From positions 1 to 33,364 of the forward strand of contig CAZTPE010000002.1 in assembly GCA_964614545.1 (NCBI GenBank): 33,364 nt of DNA, read 5' to 3'. The notes below the pieces were generated by a model, which searched no databases, was not told where the DNA came from, and saw only the letters and a list, made by a program, of their open reading frames with translations. The number at the start of each line of letters is the position of its first letter. Within the stretch, counting starts at the first letter, position 1. This document shows positions 7,914-16,239 of this stretch, in pieces. This DNA comes from an uncultured Ectothiorhodospiraceae bacterium (GTDB lineage Bacteria > Pseudomonadota > Gammaproteobacteria > SZUA-152). A program made the position numbers and the translations under genes.

Positions 7914-9121
7914 GGTTCCGCCTGGGCCAGGCCTTCAGGCTCACCCAGTAACAGGGCCAATGTCTCCAGAAAACGCGCCGCATCGGCACCGTAAACCACC
8001 CGATGATCACAACTAAGAGTAAATTCGGCAAAGCCATTCTGTGTCGCGGCCACGGCAAGAATGGCCGCTGCCCCAACGGGAACCACGGCATCGAAACGGG
8101 AAATCATGCCAAACATACCGAGATTGGACAGATAGAAAGTCGCACCACGGTAGTCTCTTGGAGCCAACCTTAGGCGAGGAGTTTTTCCCATCGCTCGCGC
8201 CTTTAAACTGCTCCAATCCTCGGCAAGCTCCTCCACGGGCCGACGGGCGACATCACGCAGAACGGGTGTTACCAAGCCGTTAGGCACATCCACAGCGATA
8301 CCGACATCAACCTGTCGTCGTTGGGCCAAACCCTGTGATGTGTAGACGGCATTGAAGCGCGGGTGTGCCTCCACCGTTAGTGCACAGGCACGAGCCATTA
8401 GCAGGGTCAGAGAATATTTTTCCTGATGCGCAAGCGTGCTCAATGACTGGAGGGAAAGTCGGGCACTAACGTGAAATACGGGAGTCGCCGTGGCCGCAAT
8501 CATATTATTGGCGACGGCCCGCTGCATCGGCGTCAGGGTCAAGAGCTCATAGTCAGGACCATCATCAAGATTCGGCTCTGGCCTGCCCAATGCAGCAGCC
8601 ACCACCTGGACAGCGCGAATACTGCCGTCCGGCCCCGGTGTTAGCCCCGCCAGATTGATCCCCAGTTCACGTGCCAAACCACGGGCATAGGGTGAAGAGG
8701 GTACGTGGATGAATGATGTCGACGAGGGCGTGTTGCCAGTCTCCGGATCGCTGCTTGATGCGGGGGGCACGGCTAACGGAGTCGGCGCTTTTGCTTCAAT
8801 GGTCTGAGAGGCTGTTATCTTGGCGCCCTGTGTATCATTCGATCTCTTTTGCGTTGGTTCTGCTTTATCTTCCCCCCTCTCAAGATTATCGACGATATAG
8901 CCGATTACCGCACCAACCGGAAGATCCGTATCTGCCGCCGCCAGGGGACCAGCCAGATAACCATCATGGAAGACTTCCACCTCCATGACTGCCTTATCAG
9001 TTTCGACTTCGGCAATGGCATCACCTTTTTTCACCACATCGCCCGGCTGTTTCAACCACTGTATGAGATGACCGGTTTCCATGGTGTCGGAAAGGGTCGG
9101 CATCAAAATGGGTTCCCGCAT
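7910..9121 (-). CDS. 2-oxoacid dehydrogenase E2 (dihydrolipoamide acyltransferase), single lipoyl domain
   Basis: ORF 7910..9130 (GTG). Preferred ATG is 9121, with AAGGAG 8 nt upstream. Lipoyl-lysine motif AEVETDKAVMEVE. E3/E1-binding motif SPYARGLARELGINL. Catalytic motif SCDHRVVYGADAARF. Confidence 0.9.
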   Translation of the reverse strand: MREPILMPTLSDTMETGHLIQWLKQPGDVVKKGDAIAEVETDKAVMEVEVFHDGYLAGPLAAADTDLPVGAVIGYIVDNLERGEDKAEPTQKRSNDTQGAKITASQTIEAKAPTPLAVPPASSSDPETGNTPSSTSFIHVPSSPYARGLARELGINLAGLTPGPDGSIRAVQVVAAALGRPEPNLDDGPDYELLTLTPMQRAVANNMIAATATPVFHVSARLSLQSLSTLAHQEKYSLTLLMARACALTVEAHPRFNAVYTSQGLAQRRQVDVGIAVDVPNGLVTPVLRDVARRPVEELAEDWSSLKARAMGKTPRLRLAPRDYRGATFYLSNLGMFGMISRFDAVVPVGAAAILAVAATQNGFAEFTLSCDHRVVYGADAARFLETLALLLGEPEGLAQAEP

Positions 9122-9147
9122 GACTGACACTCCTTGGTTAACCGAAG

Positions 9148-10128
9148 TTAGTTGGAACAGAGGGTTTGCGCGGCATCCATGATGTCAGCGATTTGAGGGA
9201 TGCTGGCGGCCTCCAGACCGGCGTTATACGCGATGGGCAGTTCCCTTCCCGCTACCCGCCGTGGTGCCGCATCCAGAGTCAGGAAACAGCGTTCGGTCAG
9301 TCCGGCGGTAATCTCGGCACCAGCGCCTGCAAAACCCGTATCCTCCTCCACTATCAGCAGACGGTGAGTCTTTTCCAGTGACGCCACGCAAGTATCCCAG
9401 TCGATGGGGCGCAGGCTGCGCAGATCGATGACCTCCGCCTCAATACCGCTTGATGCCATCTGCGTCGCCGCTTGCAGGGAGAGGTCACGCATCCGTGAAT
9501 AGGTGACAATCGTAAGGTCACTCCCCTGCCGACAAACCTGAGCACGATGCATAGCTGGCGCCTGTCGCGACTCATCCAGTGACCCTTTGCTGAAATAGAG
9601 CAGTTCGTGTTCAAGTAGCACAATGGGCTCGTTACTACTAAGCGCCTGACGCAATTGCCAATAGGCATCCTGTGGTGTCGCGGGAACGGCGATGCGCAGC
9701 CCCGGCACATTCATCAGGGTCTGTTCCAGCCGTTGCGAATGTTGCGCGGCGAGTTGCTTGGCCACCCCGCCGGGCATGCGCACCACCAGTGGCATAGGAA
9801 ACTGTCCCCCGGACATGAAAGGGATCTTGGCCGCCATGTTGATGATGGCATCCAGCGCGAGTAACGCAAAGTTGATGGTCATGATTTCTACCACCGGGCG
9901 CAGGCCGACCATTGCCGCACCCACGCCAAGGCCGGTGAAACTACCCTCGGAAATGGGTGTGTCACGCAGTCGCCATTCACCATATTTGGCATATAAGCCT
10001 TCGGTCACACGGTAACTGCCACCATAAAGTCCCACGTCTTCGCCCAACACGATAACTGACTCATCCACGGCCATCTCGGCATCCAGGGCACGATTGAGCG
10101 CTTGCCAGTAATAGACAGTGTTATTCAC
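9148..10128 (-). CDS. 2-oxoacid (pyruvate/acetoin-type) dehydrogenase E1 beta subunit
   Basis: ORF 9148..10164. The ATG at 10164 has no SD. The GTG at 10128 is preceded by GGGAGGAA plus 6 nt and gives VNNTVYYWQALNRALDAEM, the usual short N-terminus. Other motifs: VLGEDVG.YGG, RLRDTPISEGSFTGLGVGAAM. Confidence 0.85.
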   Translation of the reverse strand: MNNTVYYWQALNRALDAEMAVDESVIVLGEDVGLYGGSYRVTEGLYAKYGEWRLRDTPISEGSFTGLGVGAAMVGLRPVVEIMTINFALLALDAIINMAAKIPFMSGGQFPMPLVVRMPGGVAKQLAAQHSQRLEQTLMNVPGLRIAVPATPQDAYWQLRQALSSNEPIVLLEHELLYFSKGSLDESRQAPAMHRAQVCRQGSDLTIVTYSRMRDLSLQAATQMASSGIEAEVIDLRSLRPIDWDTCVASLEKTHRLLIVEEDTGFAGAGAEITAGLTERCFLTLDAAPRRVAGRELPIAYNAGLEAASIPQIADIMDAAQTLCSN

Positions 10129-11332
10129 TCCGCATTCCTCCCTCAGGGGTTCTGCTAATTCCATTTTTGGTTAATGCTACTGATTCAGTAACAGGTCGAT
10201 AGTCAATCTCCACCGTATCGAGCATTTCGACCAGGGTGTCGGGAATTTTTCCGGGCAATAGATGCACTTCACTCACCCGGTTTCTGAGTAGCCAGGCAAT
10301 CAGTTTCATGGCCTTGCCGTGTTCATCCTCACTGAAGGGATTGCTGTACCACGACTGTGTCCGGCCCTCCGCAGAACCCTCCTCAAGGCGGATGTAGCGC
10401 GCCTTGCCAAAGTGGTGGGCGGGAGTCTTGCGGTCGGCTTCAAACAGAGTAGCGATGCGCTTGTATCGCTGATGCACAGGTTCATAGTGCAGAGTGACTT
10501 CCTCAATGCGTGGTATCTTCTGTTTGAGTTGCTCGGCAATGTCGTCTACCAGTTGATGTGCCTTGTTGAAACTTTGCACGTCCAACACCAGGGTTGCACG
10601 AACAAAGAGTACGCTGCCCGCGCTGCGGATATAGAGGTCTCTGACCTCTTCCAACGCAGGGTGAGAAGACAGATAACGCTGTATTTCCTCACGATCATTA
10701 CTCGTCGCGGAAGCATCTAACAATGAAAAGAGACTGTCGCGAATCACTTCATAGGCACCATAAAAAATCATCGCAGCGATAACGACAACAGCCACTTCCT
10801 GTGCGTAAGGAACACCCAGCAAATGGCCACCAATGCCAGCCATAACCACCAGCCCGGCACCCATATCACCCAACCAATTGACCACATCACTGTTCAGGCC
10901 GGGAGAATTCAGGCAGGCAGCAGCACGTTTTTCCCGAAGATAGAACACCGTCTGCACCCATAACACCAGGGCCATGAAACCCAGAGTGGCAAAGGGTACC
11001 GAGGCGTTTGTTACACCACTGCCAAAGAAGACGGAGCGCAGAATTTCATAACCCGCGAACAGTACAGCCAACCCGCCCAGCAGCGCTGCCATATCCTCCA
11101 GCTTGTACATGCCGAGAGGAAAGCGACGGGAACGGCGTGTGGAAAAACGCACGGCACCATAGACCAGTAGCGCACCCAGCACATCGGTAAAACTATGAAT
11201 GGCATCCGCCAAGACCACGGTGCTACCGGAGAACAATCCCCAAGCCAGTTTGAACATCGCCAGCACGGCATTCAGCAGTGTGGAGATCAGCAGCCAGCGA
11301 CGTGTCTGCGCCAATGCGCTGGCAGTCGCCAT
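10121..11332 (-). CDS. Cation diffusion facilitator (CDF) family metal transporter with an additional C-terminal NifX/NifB-like (Nitro_FeMo-Co type) domain
   Basis: ORF 10121..11362. The tracked start is TTG; I prefer ATG 11332 (MATASALAQTRRW...). CDF transmembrane-domain motifs: LADAIHSFTDVLG, FPLGMYKLEDMAALLGG. CDF cytoplasmic domain: ...IRSAGSVLFVRATLVLD...IEEVTLHYEP. An extra ~115 aa follows: KRIATLF....HHFGKARYIRLEE....NPF...HGKAMKLIAWLLRNRVSEVHL..GKIPDTLVEMLDTVEI. Confidence 0.8.
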   Translation of the reverse strand: MATASALAQTRRWLLISTLLNAVLAMFKLAWGLFSGSTVVLADAIHSFTDVLGALLVYGAVRFSTRRSRRFPLGMYKLEDMAALLGGLAVLFAGYEILRSVFFGSGVTNASVPFATLGFMALVLWVQTVFYLREKRAAACLNSPGLNSDVVNWLGDMGAGLVVMAGIGGHLLGVPYAQEVAVVVIAAMIFYGAYEVIRDSLFSLLDASATSNDREEIQRYLSSHPALEEVRDLYIRSAGSVLFVRATLVLDVQSFNKAHQLVDDIAEQLKQKIPRIEEVTLHYEPVHQRYKRIATLFEADRKTPAHHFGKARYIRLEEGSAEGRTQSWYSNPFSEDEHGKAMKLIAWLLRNRVSEVHLLPGKIPDTLVEMLDTVEIDYRPVTESVALTKNGISRTPEGGMRSE

Positions 11333-12393
11333 CAGATCAGGACCTCTCCCCGACGATTGCAATCCAACGCCGCCTGCGCATCAGCCAGCGTGGGCTCGGG
11401 GCTTTCACTGGCGAAACGCACGGCCGCCTCCACCTCAGCGGTGATTTCCGCCTGCATGGCATCGAGATGTTCGGGTGGAAAATGTCCACCACTGCGCAGA
11501 CTGCCCGTCAGGCTGTCGATATTGTCCGAGCCGACGGCCGCAATCTGCTCTGCCGTGGGATAGGCGGTCACGGTCTCGGCGATGGCAATCTTTACCGGGT
11601 CCTCGGTATTTTCGAAGGCCTGCAATTCCACCTTGGGACGGTAACTGCCGGGGTCGGCCATGGAATGACCACGAAAACGGTAGGTCTCGCATTCGATGAA
11701 TTGTGGTCCATTGCCAGCACGGATTTGCGCCAGGGCCTCTTCGGTCGCATGATGCACGGCCAGCACGTCCATGCCGTTAACCCGGCGGGCCGGAATGCGA
11801 TATCCACAGGCGCGCTTGTAAACCTCGGTAACCGCTGAATGGCGGTGAATCTCGGTACCTATCTGGTAATGGTTGTTCTCGCACACGAACAGCACCGGCA
11901 GTTTCCACAGCGCCGCCATGTTGAGACTTTCGTGGAAGGTACCCTGATTAACAGCGCCGTCGCCGAAGAAACAGATTACCGCCTCGGGCAGTTCACGCAT
12001 GGCGATGGCATAGCCGATACCGGTGGCGATGGGAAAGGTCTCGCCGACGATGGCATAACCGCCCATGAAACGGCGCTCGCGATCGAACAGATGCATGGAG
12101 CCCCCCATGCCGCCGCTGCAACCGGTCTTGCGCCCAAACAACTCGGCCATCACCACCCGGGCCGGTACGCCACGCACCAGGGCGTGGACATGTTCCCGGT
12201 AAGTAGAGACGACATAATCGGCGGGCTCCACCGCATGCAGTACGCCCACGCCCACCGCCTCCTCACCCGGATAGAGATGTAGAAAACCGGCGATGTTGCC
12301 CTGGGCGTATTCCTGCGCCGCCCGCTCTTCGAAGGCCCGCGCCAGCAGCATGTCGCGCAGCATCGTCCTTAAGCGATCCGATTCCATGTTCAT
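11332..12393 (-). CDS. 2-oxoacid (pyruvate/acetoin-type) dehydrogenase E1 alpha subunit, TPP-dependent
   Basis: 353 aa. Motifs: FLHLYPGEEAV, and TPP motif GDGAVNQGTFHESLNMAALWKLPVLFVCENNHY. Its stop TGA shares one base with the CDF ATG (TGATG, 11330-11334). Confidence 0.9.
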   Translation of the reverse strand: MNMESDRLRTMLRDMLLARAFEERAAQEYAQGNIAGFLHLYPGEEAVGVGVLHAVEPADYVVSTYREHVHALVRGVPARVVMAELFGRKTGCSGGMGGSMHLFDRERRFMGGYAIVGETFPIATGIGYAIAMRELPEAVICFFGDGAVNQGTFHESLNMAALWKLPVLFVCENNHYQIGTEIHRHSAVTEVYKRACGYRIPARRVNGMDVLAVHHATEEALAQIRAGNGPQFIECETYRFRGHSMADPGSYRPKVELQAFENTEDPVKIAIAETVTAYPTAEQIAAVGSDNIDSLTGSLRSGGHFPPEHLDAMQAEITAEVEAAVRFASESPEPTLADAQAALDCNRRGEVLI

Positions 12394-12457
12394 ATTTCCC
12401 AGTGTTACAGCGATCGATAGATGTACCTGCCGGTGGCACGAAAAGGGTTATGTATTC

Positions 12458-12808
12458 TCACGATTTCTTATCCTGGCAAAACTCATCCGCTGCTGCGAAC
12501 AGCGGTGTCATATACATATAGGCCGGCCCGCCGTGCATCACGACCGCCATGAAGCCAGCCTCAATCAAGTCATCACGACTGGCACCGGCCCTGGCTGCCT
12601 GTTCGACATGGAAGGCAATGCACCATTCACATTGACCTGCGACCGCCAGAGCGACATTGATCAATTCCTTGACACGCAGATCCAAAGCCTTTCCTTCTTC
12701 AGCCTTTTGCAGAAAGCCAAGAAAGGCCCCTGTCTCTGCGGGATAATCTTTGCGCAGGCGACGGGTCAACTCCCCCACTTGGTCAAGCTTGGTGCGCATC
12801 GTCCCCAT
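12458..12808 (-). CDS. Carboxymuconolactone decarboxylase (CMD) family / AhpD-like protein with CxxCxxxH motif
   Basis: 116 aa. Contains GQCEWCIAFHVEQA, a C-x-x-C-x-x-x-H motif. GAGGAG SD 8 nt upstream of ATG 12808. Lies 64 nt upstream of E1 alpha on the same strand. Confidence 0.85.
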   Translation of the reverse strand: MGTMRTKLDQVGELTRRLRKDYPAETGAFLGFLQKAEEGKALDLRVKELINVALAVAGQCEWCIAFHVEQAARAGASRDDLIEAGFMAVVMHGGPAYMYMTPLFAAADEFCQDKKS

Positions 12809-12981
12809 GGCATTACTCCTCTGGTCAATATGCGAGCCTATGCACTTTAGGACAGCTCGCCCCGGGCATCAGTAACCCAGGTTGCAGTTAGTCACATTTT
12901 GTTGAGGCAAAATGTTACAAACTCACAGAGGGGCAGTTTGACCTGTGCCCCGGCCCGCCAAGATCAATCAGGAGAACAACC

Positions 12982-13305
12982 ATGCGCGACTACAGCAACA
13001 TACCAGCCCTCGCCTGGACAGGAGCGATCAGCGCCAAGAAGGCCATCGCGCAGGTTCACCATGCCGAGCCGGTGATTCTGCAGATGCCGGAAGACTTCGT
13101 GATGGCCATCGATGCCCCCGCCTGCGGCTGCAAGGCCGGTGCGGGAGCGATGCAGCACATCGACTGCCATGCCGAGGACACCTTGACAACATTGGCGGAG
13201 GCGAACAATGAGCCCACATTGGTTGAATTGGCGGAAGTCGCCCATGAGGCCGGCCAGGTGGTGGATATCGACACCGATACCCGGCGAATCATCATCCACG
13301 ACTAG
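12982..13305 (+). CDS. Hypothetical small acidic protein with CGC...C cysteines
   Basis: 107 aa. AGGAGAA SD 7 nt upstream of the ATG. G/C-rich third codon positions are consistent with the neighbouring genes. Motif DAPACGCKAGAGAMQHIDCH. I recognise no family. Confidence 0.5.
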   Translation: MRDYSNIPALAWTGAISAKKAIAQVHHAEPVILQMPEDFVMAIDAPACGCKAGAGAMQHIDCHAEDTLTTLAEANNEPTLVELAEVAHEAGQVVDIDTDTRRIIIHD

Positions 13306-13392
13306 TACTCCGTCCAGGCAGTGCATCAGCCAGTTGATCACTGAAAGCACGTCAAGCAAGGATCAAGGTGTGCACGCTACGGGTGAATGTAG

Positions 13393-13409
13393 TGTGCGCC
13401 GCGCGCACA
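13393..13409. other. GC-rich hairpin between convergent genes
   Basis: tgtgcgc (13393-13399) / cgc / gcgcaca (13403-13409). There is no U-tract on either strand, so it is not a canonical terminator. Confidence 0.2.
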
Positions 13410-13465
13410 AGACTGAGTCGGCCAATTTCCCCGTGAACGCCATACCCCTGTAGTGAGCTGAATAA

Positions 13466-14224
13466 TTAGCTTTTCTTCCTGCTCAGAAGATAGTGCAAAC
13501 CCAGTGCCGCCAGCAGCAGGGCGAACAGGGAACGCAGGTGCAATTCCGGCAGCGCAAGGGCCAGGCGGCTGCCCAGCCAGGCACCGATCAGACCACCGCC
13601 AACCAACCCGGGCAGGAGCTGGAAGCGGATGTGCCGGTGAAAAAAGTTCTCCACACCGCCGGCCACCACCGCGGGAATGCGCGCCGCCAATGAACAGCCC
13701 TGCGCCAATTGTTGGGGCATACCGAGACCCAGCACCAGCAGGGGCGCCAACACCGGGCCACCACTGACTCCCACGCTGCCCGCCACCAGACCTTCCAAAA
13801 TACCGATACCGATCAAATAGACGGGGCGGGCAGTGCCTTGCAGCGCCCAGTCGCCCAGTAATTGATCCCGCAACAACAGCATCAAGGCCCCGCCCACTAC
13901 CACAGCACCGAACAGGCGCCGCAGACGCTCCCCGGAAAGACGTTCACTCCACAGACTGACCAGCGGCGTCACAATCAGGGCGGGTATGGCGATCAGCGCC
14001 ACCGCCAGCCAGTCCATCTGTCCCGCCTGCTGATAGATCCAGGTACCCAGCAAGGCCGGAAAAAAGGCCGCCACCAGTGCCGTGCCACGCGCCTCGAACT
14101 CCGTCAGCTGCAACCAGTACAGCATCAGCGGGATGGTCACGGTGCCGCCACCGAGACTGAACAGGCCGCCGCCGAAGCCGGCCAGCAGACCGATCAGCAG
14201 GGATTTGGGGTGAGTGGTTTTCAC
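13466..14224 (-). CDS. TauE/SafE (DUF81) family anion (sulfite/sulfonate-type) export permease
   Basis: 252 aa, GTG start. Two internally repeated halves with the glycine motifs GFGGGLFSLGGGTVTIPL and GSVGVSGGPVLAPLL. About 8 hydrophobic helices. Confidence 0.8.
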   Translation of the reverse strand: MKTTHPKSLLIGLLAGFGGGLFSLGGGTVTIPLMLYWLQLTEFEARGTALVAAFFPALLGTWIYQQAGQMDWLAVALIAIPALIVTPLVSLWSERLSGERLRRLFGAVVVGGALMLLLRDQLLGDWALQGTARPVYLIGIGILEGLVAGSVGVSGGPVLAPLLVLGLGMPQQLAQGCSLAARIPAVVAGGVENFFHRHIRFQLLPGLVGGGLIGAWLGSRLALALPELHLRSLFALLLAALGLHYLLSRKKS

Positions 14225-14251
14225 GATGCGCCAGTCGAAGGCTACATGCAG

Positions 14252-15217
14252 TTAGATATCTAGGCAGCGTATCTCGATGCCATCGAGATAGACCTCCACG
14301 TCCGCCGCGGAGAACAGCTCTGTGCCCGGCTGGCTGACCGTGCCGGCGGCGCAGGCGATACCCAGACGCAGGGCCTCCGCCGCCGTCTGGCCATGGGCAA
14401 AAGCGGCCACCAGCGCCGCCACCATGGAATCCCCGGCGCCGACACTGGAGCGCACGATCACTTCCGGTGCGGCGGCGTGATAGCTGTTGTCCGGCCCGAC
14501 CAACAGGGCGCCATCTCCATCCAGGGAGACGCAGACATGATCCACGCCGCCTTGCTGCAATTCACGGGCCTCGCTCGCCACCTTTTCGAGACTGTCGAGC
14601 GAACGGCCAAGCAATGCCTCCAGCTCGTGGCGATTGGGTTTGATGAGGAAGGGCCGGGCATCGATGGCATGGCGCAGGGCCTCATCGTGGGAATCCACCA
14701 CCGCCCGGCCGCCTGCCTCACTGATGCGCCGGGCCAGCTCGGCGTAGAGCGTGGGCGGCAATGTCCGCTGCAGGGAACCGGTCAGCACACCAATGCCTTG
14801 GGCGCTGTGCGCGACGAAGCGCGCCAGTAGTTCATTGAGCTGGGTGGGCGGAATCTCGGGGCCGATGCCGTTGACCTCATACTGCCGCCGGGTCGAGAGC
14901 TCGATGAAGGTGCCGTTGATGCGGGTCTCACCCGCCACCTCCTCGCGGTCCACCCAATCCAGTTGATCGTGTAGCAGGCGCTGCAGCAACTGGCCGATTT
15001 CACCGCCGGTCGTACAATAGCTTTGTGCCTGCGTATTCAGCCGCTTCAGCGCCCGGCCGACGTTGATGCCGTTGCCGCCGGGATCGAAGCGGGTGGTCAC
15101 GGCATGGGCCTTCTGATCCTCCAGCAAACGGGGAATCTCGTAGGTCATGTCCACCGCCGGATTGAGCGACAGCACGCCGATGGGCAGGGACTCCCCTGTG
15201 AGCACCTCACCCGTCAA
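14252..15217 (-). CDS. PfkB-family sugar-phosphate kinase (1-phosphofructokinase / Pfk-2-like hexose-phosphate kinase)
   Basis: 321 aa. TTG start preceded by GGAGG plus 7 nt, overlapping the aldolase stop (TTGA, 15214-15217). Motifs: LSLNPAVDMTYEI, DPGGNGINV, PfkB signature SSVGAGDSMVAAL. Confidence 0.8.
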   Translation of the reverse strand: MTGEVLTGESLPIGVLSLNPAVDMTYEIPRLLEDQKAHAVTTRFDPGGNGINVGRALKRLNTQAQSYCTTGGEIGQLLQRLLHDQLDWVDREEVAGETRINGTFIELSTRRQYEVNGIGPEIPPTQLNELLARFVAHSAQGIGVLTGSLQRTLPPTLYAELARRISEAGGRAVVDSHDEALRHAIDARPFLIKPNRHELEALLGRSLDSLEKVASEARELQQGGVDHVCVSLDGDGALLVGPDNSYHAAAPEVIVRSSVGAGDSMVAALVAAFAHGQTAAEALRLGIACAAGTVSQPGTELFSAADVEVYLDGIEIRCLDI

Positions 15218-16239
15218 GGCGAGGCCTCCATGGCTTCTCCGTACTCACCGCGCTGGGCCGCACCGTTGAGCCGCGCGCGCTTGAGCAGCGCCTGCTGCGC
15301 CGCCGGCACGTTTTCCGCCTTGCCCTGCCAAGCCTGCAGCACCGGCTGCTGCAGGGCGCGGCCATAGGAAAACGACAGCAGCCAGGGTTCCAGCGGGAAA
15401 CCGGCATTGATGGCATTGAGGTTGACCGTAGCCTGCTGCGGGCTCAGGCCACCGGAGAGAAAATTGATACTCGGCACCGCCGCCGGGACACAGCGGCGCA
15501 GCACCCGCACCGTGGCCGCGGCGACCTCTTCGGCGCTGGCCTGTTGCGGGCAGTCCTTGCCCGGCAACACCATATTGGGCTTGAGTACCATGTGTTCGAG
15601 CACCACGTGGTAACGATGCAGGGCGTGAAAGACTGCCTTCTGCACCGCCTCGGTCACCTCGGCGCAGCGGGCCAGGCTGTGGTCGCCGTCCATCAACACC
15701 TCCGGCTCGACGATGGGCACGATGCCCTGCTCCTGACACACTGCCGCATAACGCGCCAGCATCTCGGCATTGGCGCTGATGCCCAGGGGCGAAGGATTGC
15801 GCCTGCTGATGGGATAGACCTCACGCCACTTGGCGAAGCGCGCGCCCTGCTGCTTGTATTGCTGCAGCCGCTCGGCCAGTCCGTCGAGACCATAGGTGAT
15901 GAGATCACCCGGCGACAAAGCCAGCGGCCCCTTGCCTTTGTCCACCTTGACGCCGGGAACAATATCCCGCCGCGCCAGCTCTTCGGGCAGGCTCGTGCCG
16001 TCATCCGCAACCTGTGTCAGGGTCTCTTCAAATTCGATCACTCCGCTGATGTAGTCCTCGATACCCGGTGCGGTAAACAACAGGGCGCGATAGGCACGGC
16101 GACTCTCCTCAGTGGATTCCACACCAATAGGCGAAAAACGCTTGGCAATGGTGGGCAGACTTTCGTCAGCGGCGAGAATGCCCTTGCCCGGTTGCACCAT
16201 CTGCTCAATGGTGGCCCGGAGTTCACCTACAATGGTCAT
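15214..16239 (-). CDS. fba: Fructose-bisphosphate aldolase, class I
   Basis: 341 aa. Motifs: GKGILAADES, FEETL, Schiff-base lysine region VLEHMVLKPNMV, and FLSGG. Confidence 0.9.
   Translation of the reverse strand: MTIVGELRATIEQMVQPGKGILAADESLPTIAKRFSPIGVESTEESRRAYRALLFTAPGIEDYISGVIEFEETLTQVADDGTSLPEELARRDIVPGVKVDKGKGPLALSPGDLITYGLDGLAERLQQYKQQGARFAKWREVYPISRRNPSPLGISANAEMLARYAAVCQEQGIVPIVEPEVLMDGDHSLARCAEVTEAVQKAVFHALHRYHVVLEHMVLKPNMVLPGKDCPQQASAEEVAAATVRVLRRCVPAAVPSINFLSGGLSPQQATVNLNAINAGFPLEPWLLSFSYGRALQQPVLQAWQGKAENVPAAQQALLKRARLNGAAQRGEYGEAMEASP

Noticed and set aside
10129-10164. N-terminal extensions in the ORF track, e.g. E1 beta from ATG 10164, CDF from TTG 11362, BON from 4005, prx from 17976, pta-like from 17348, moxR from 23003, batA from 25558, DUF360 from 19443
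   Set aside because: The extended starts lack SD sequences, overlap upstream genes, or add non-conserved residues ahead of well-known N-termini or signal peptides. Internal starts with good SD motifs or stop/start overlaps were preferred. The E1 beta and lpd starts remain genuinely ambiguous.
12434-12450. TGGCAC motif resembling a sigma54 -24 element upstream of E1 alpha
   Set aside because: It lies on the plus strand, pointing into the 3' end of the minus-strand CMD gene. The expected TTGC -12 element five nt downstream is absent (the sequence there is gaaaagggtt).
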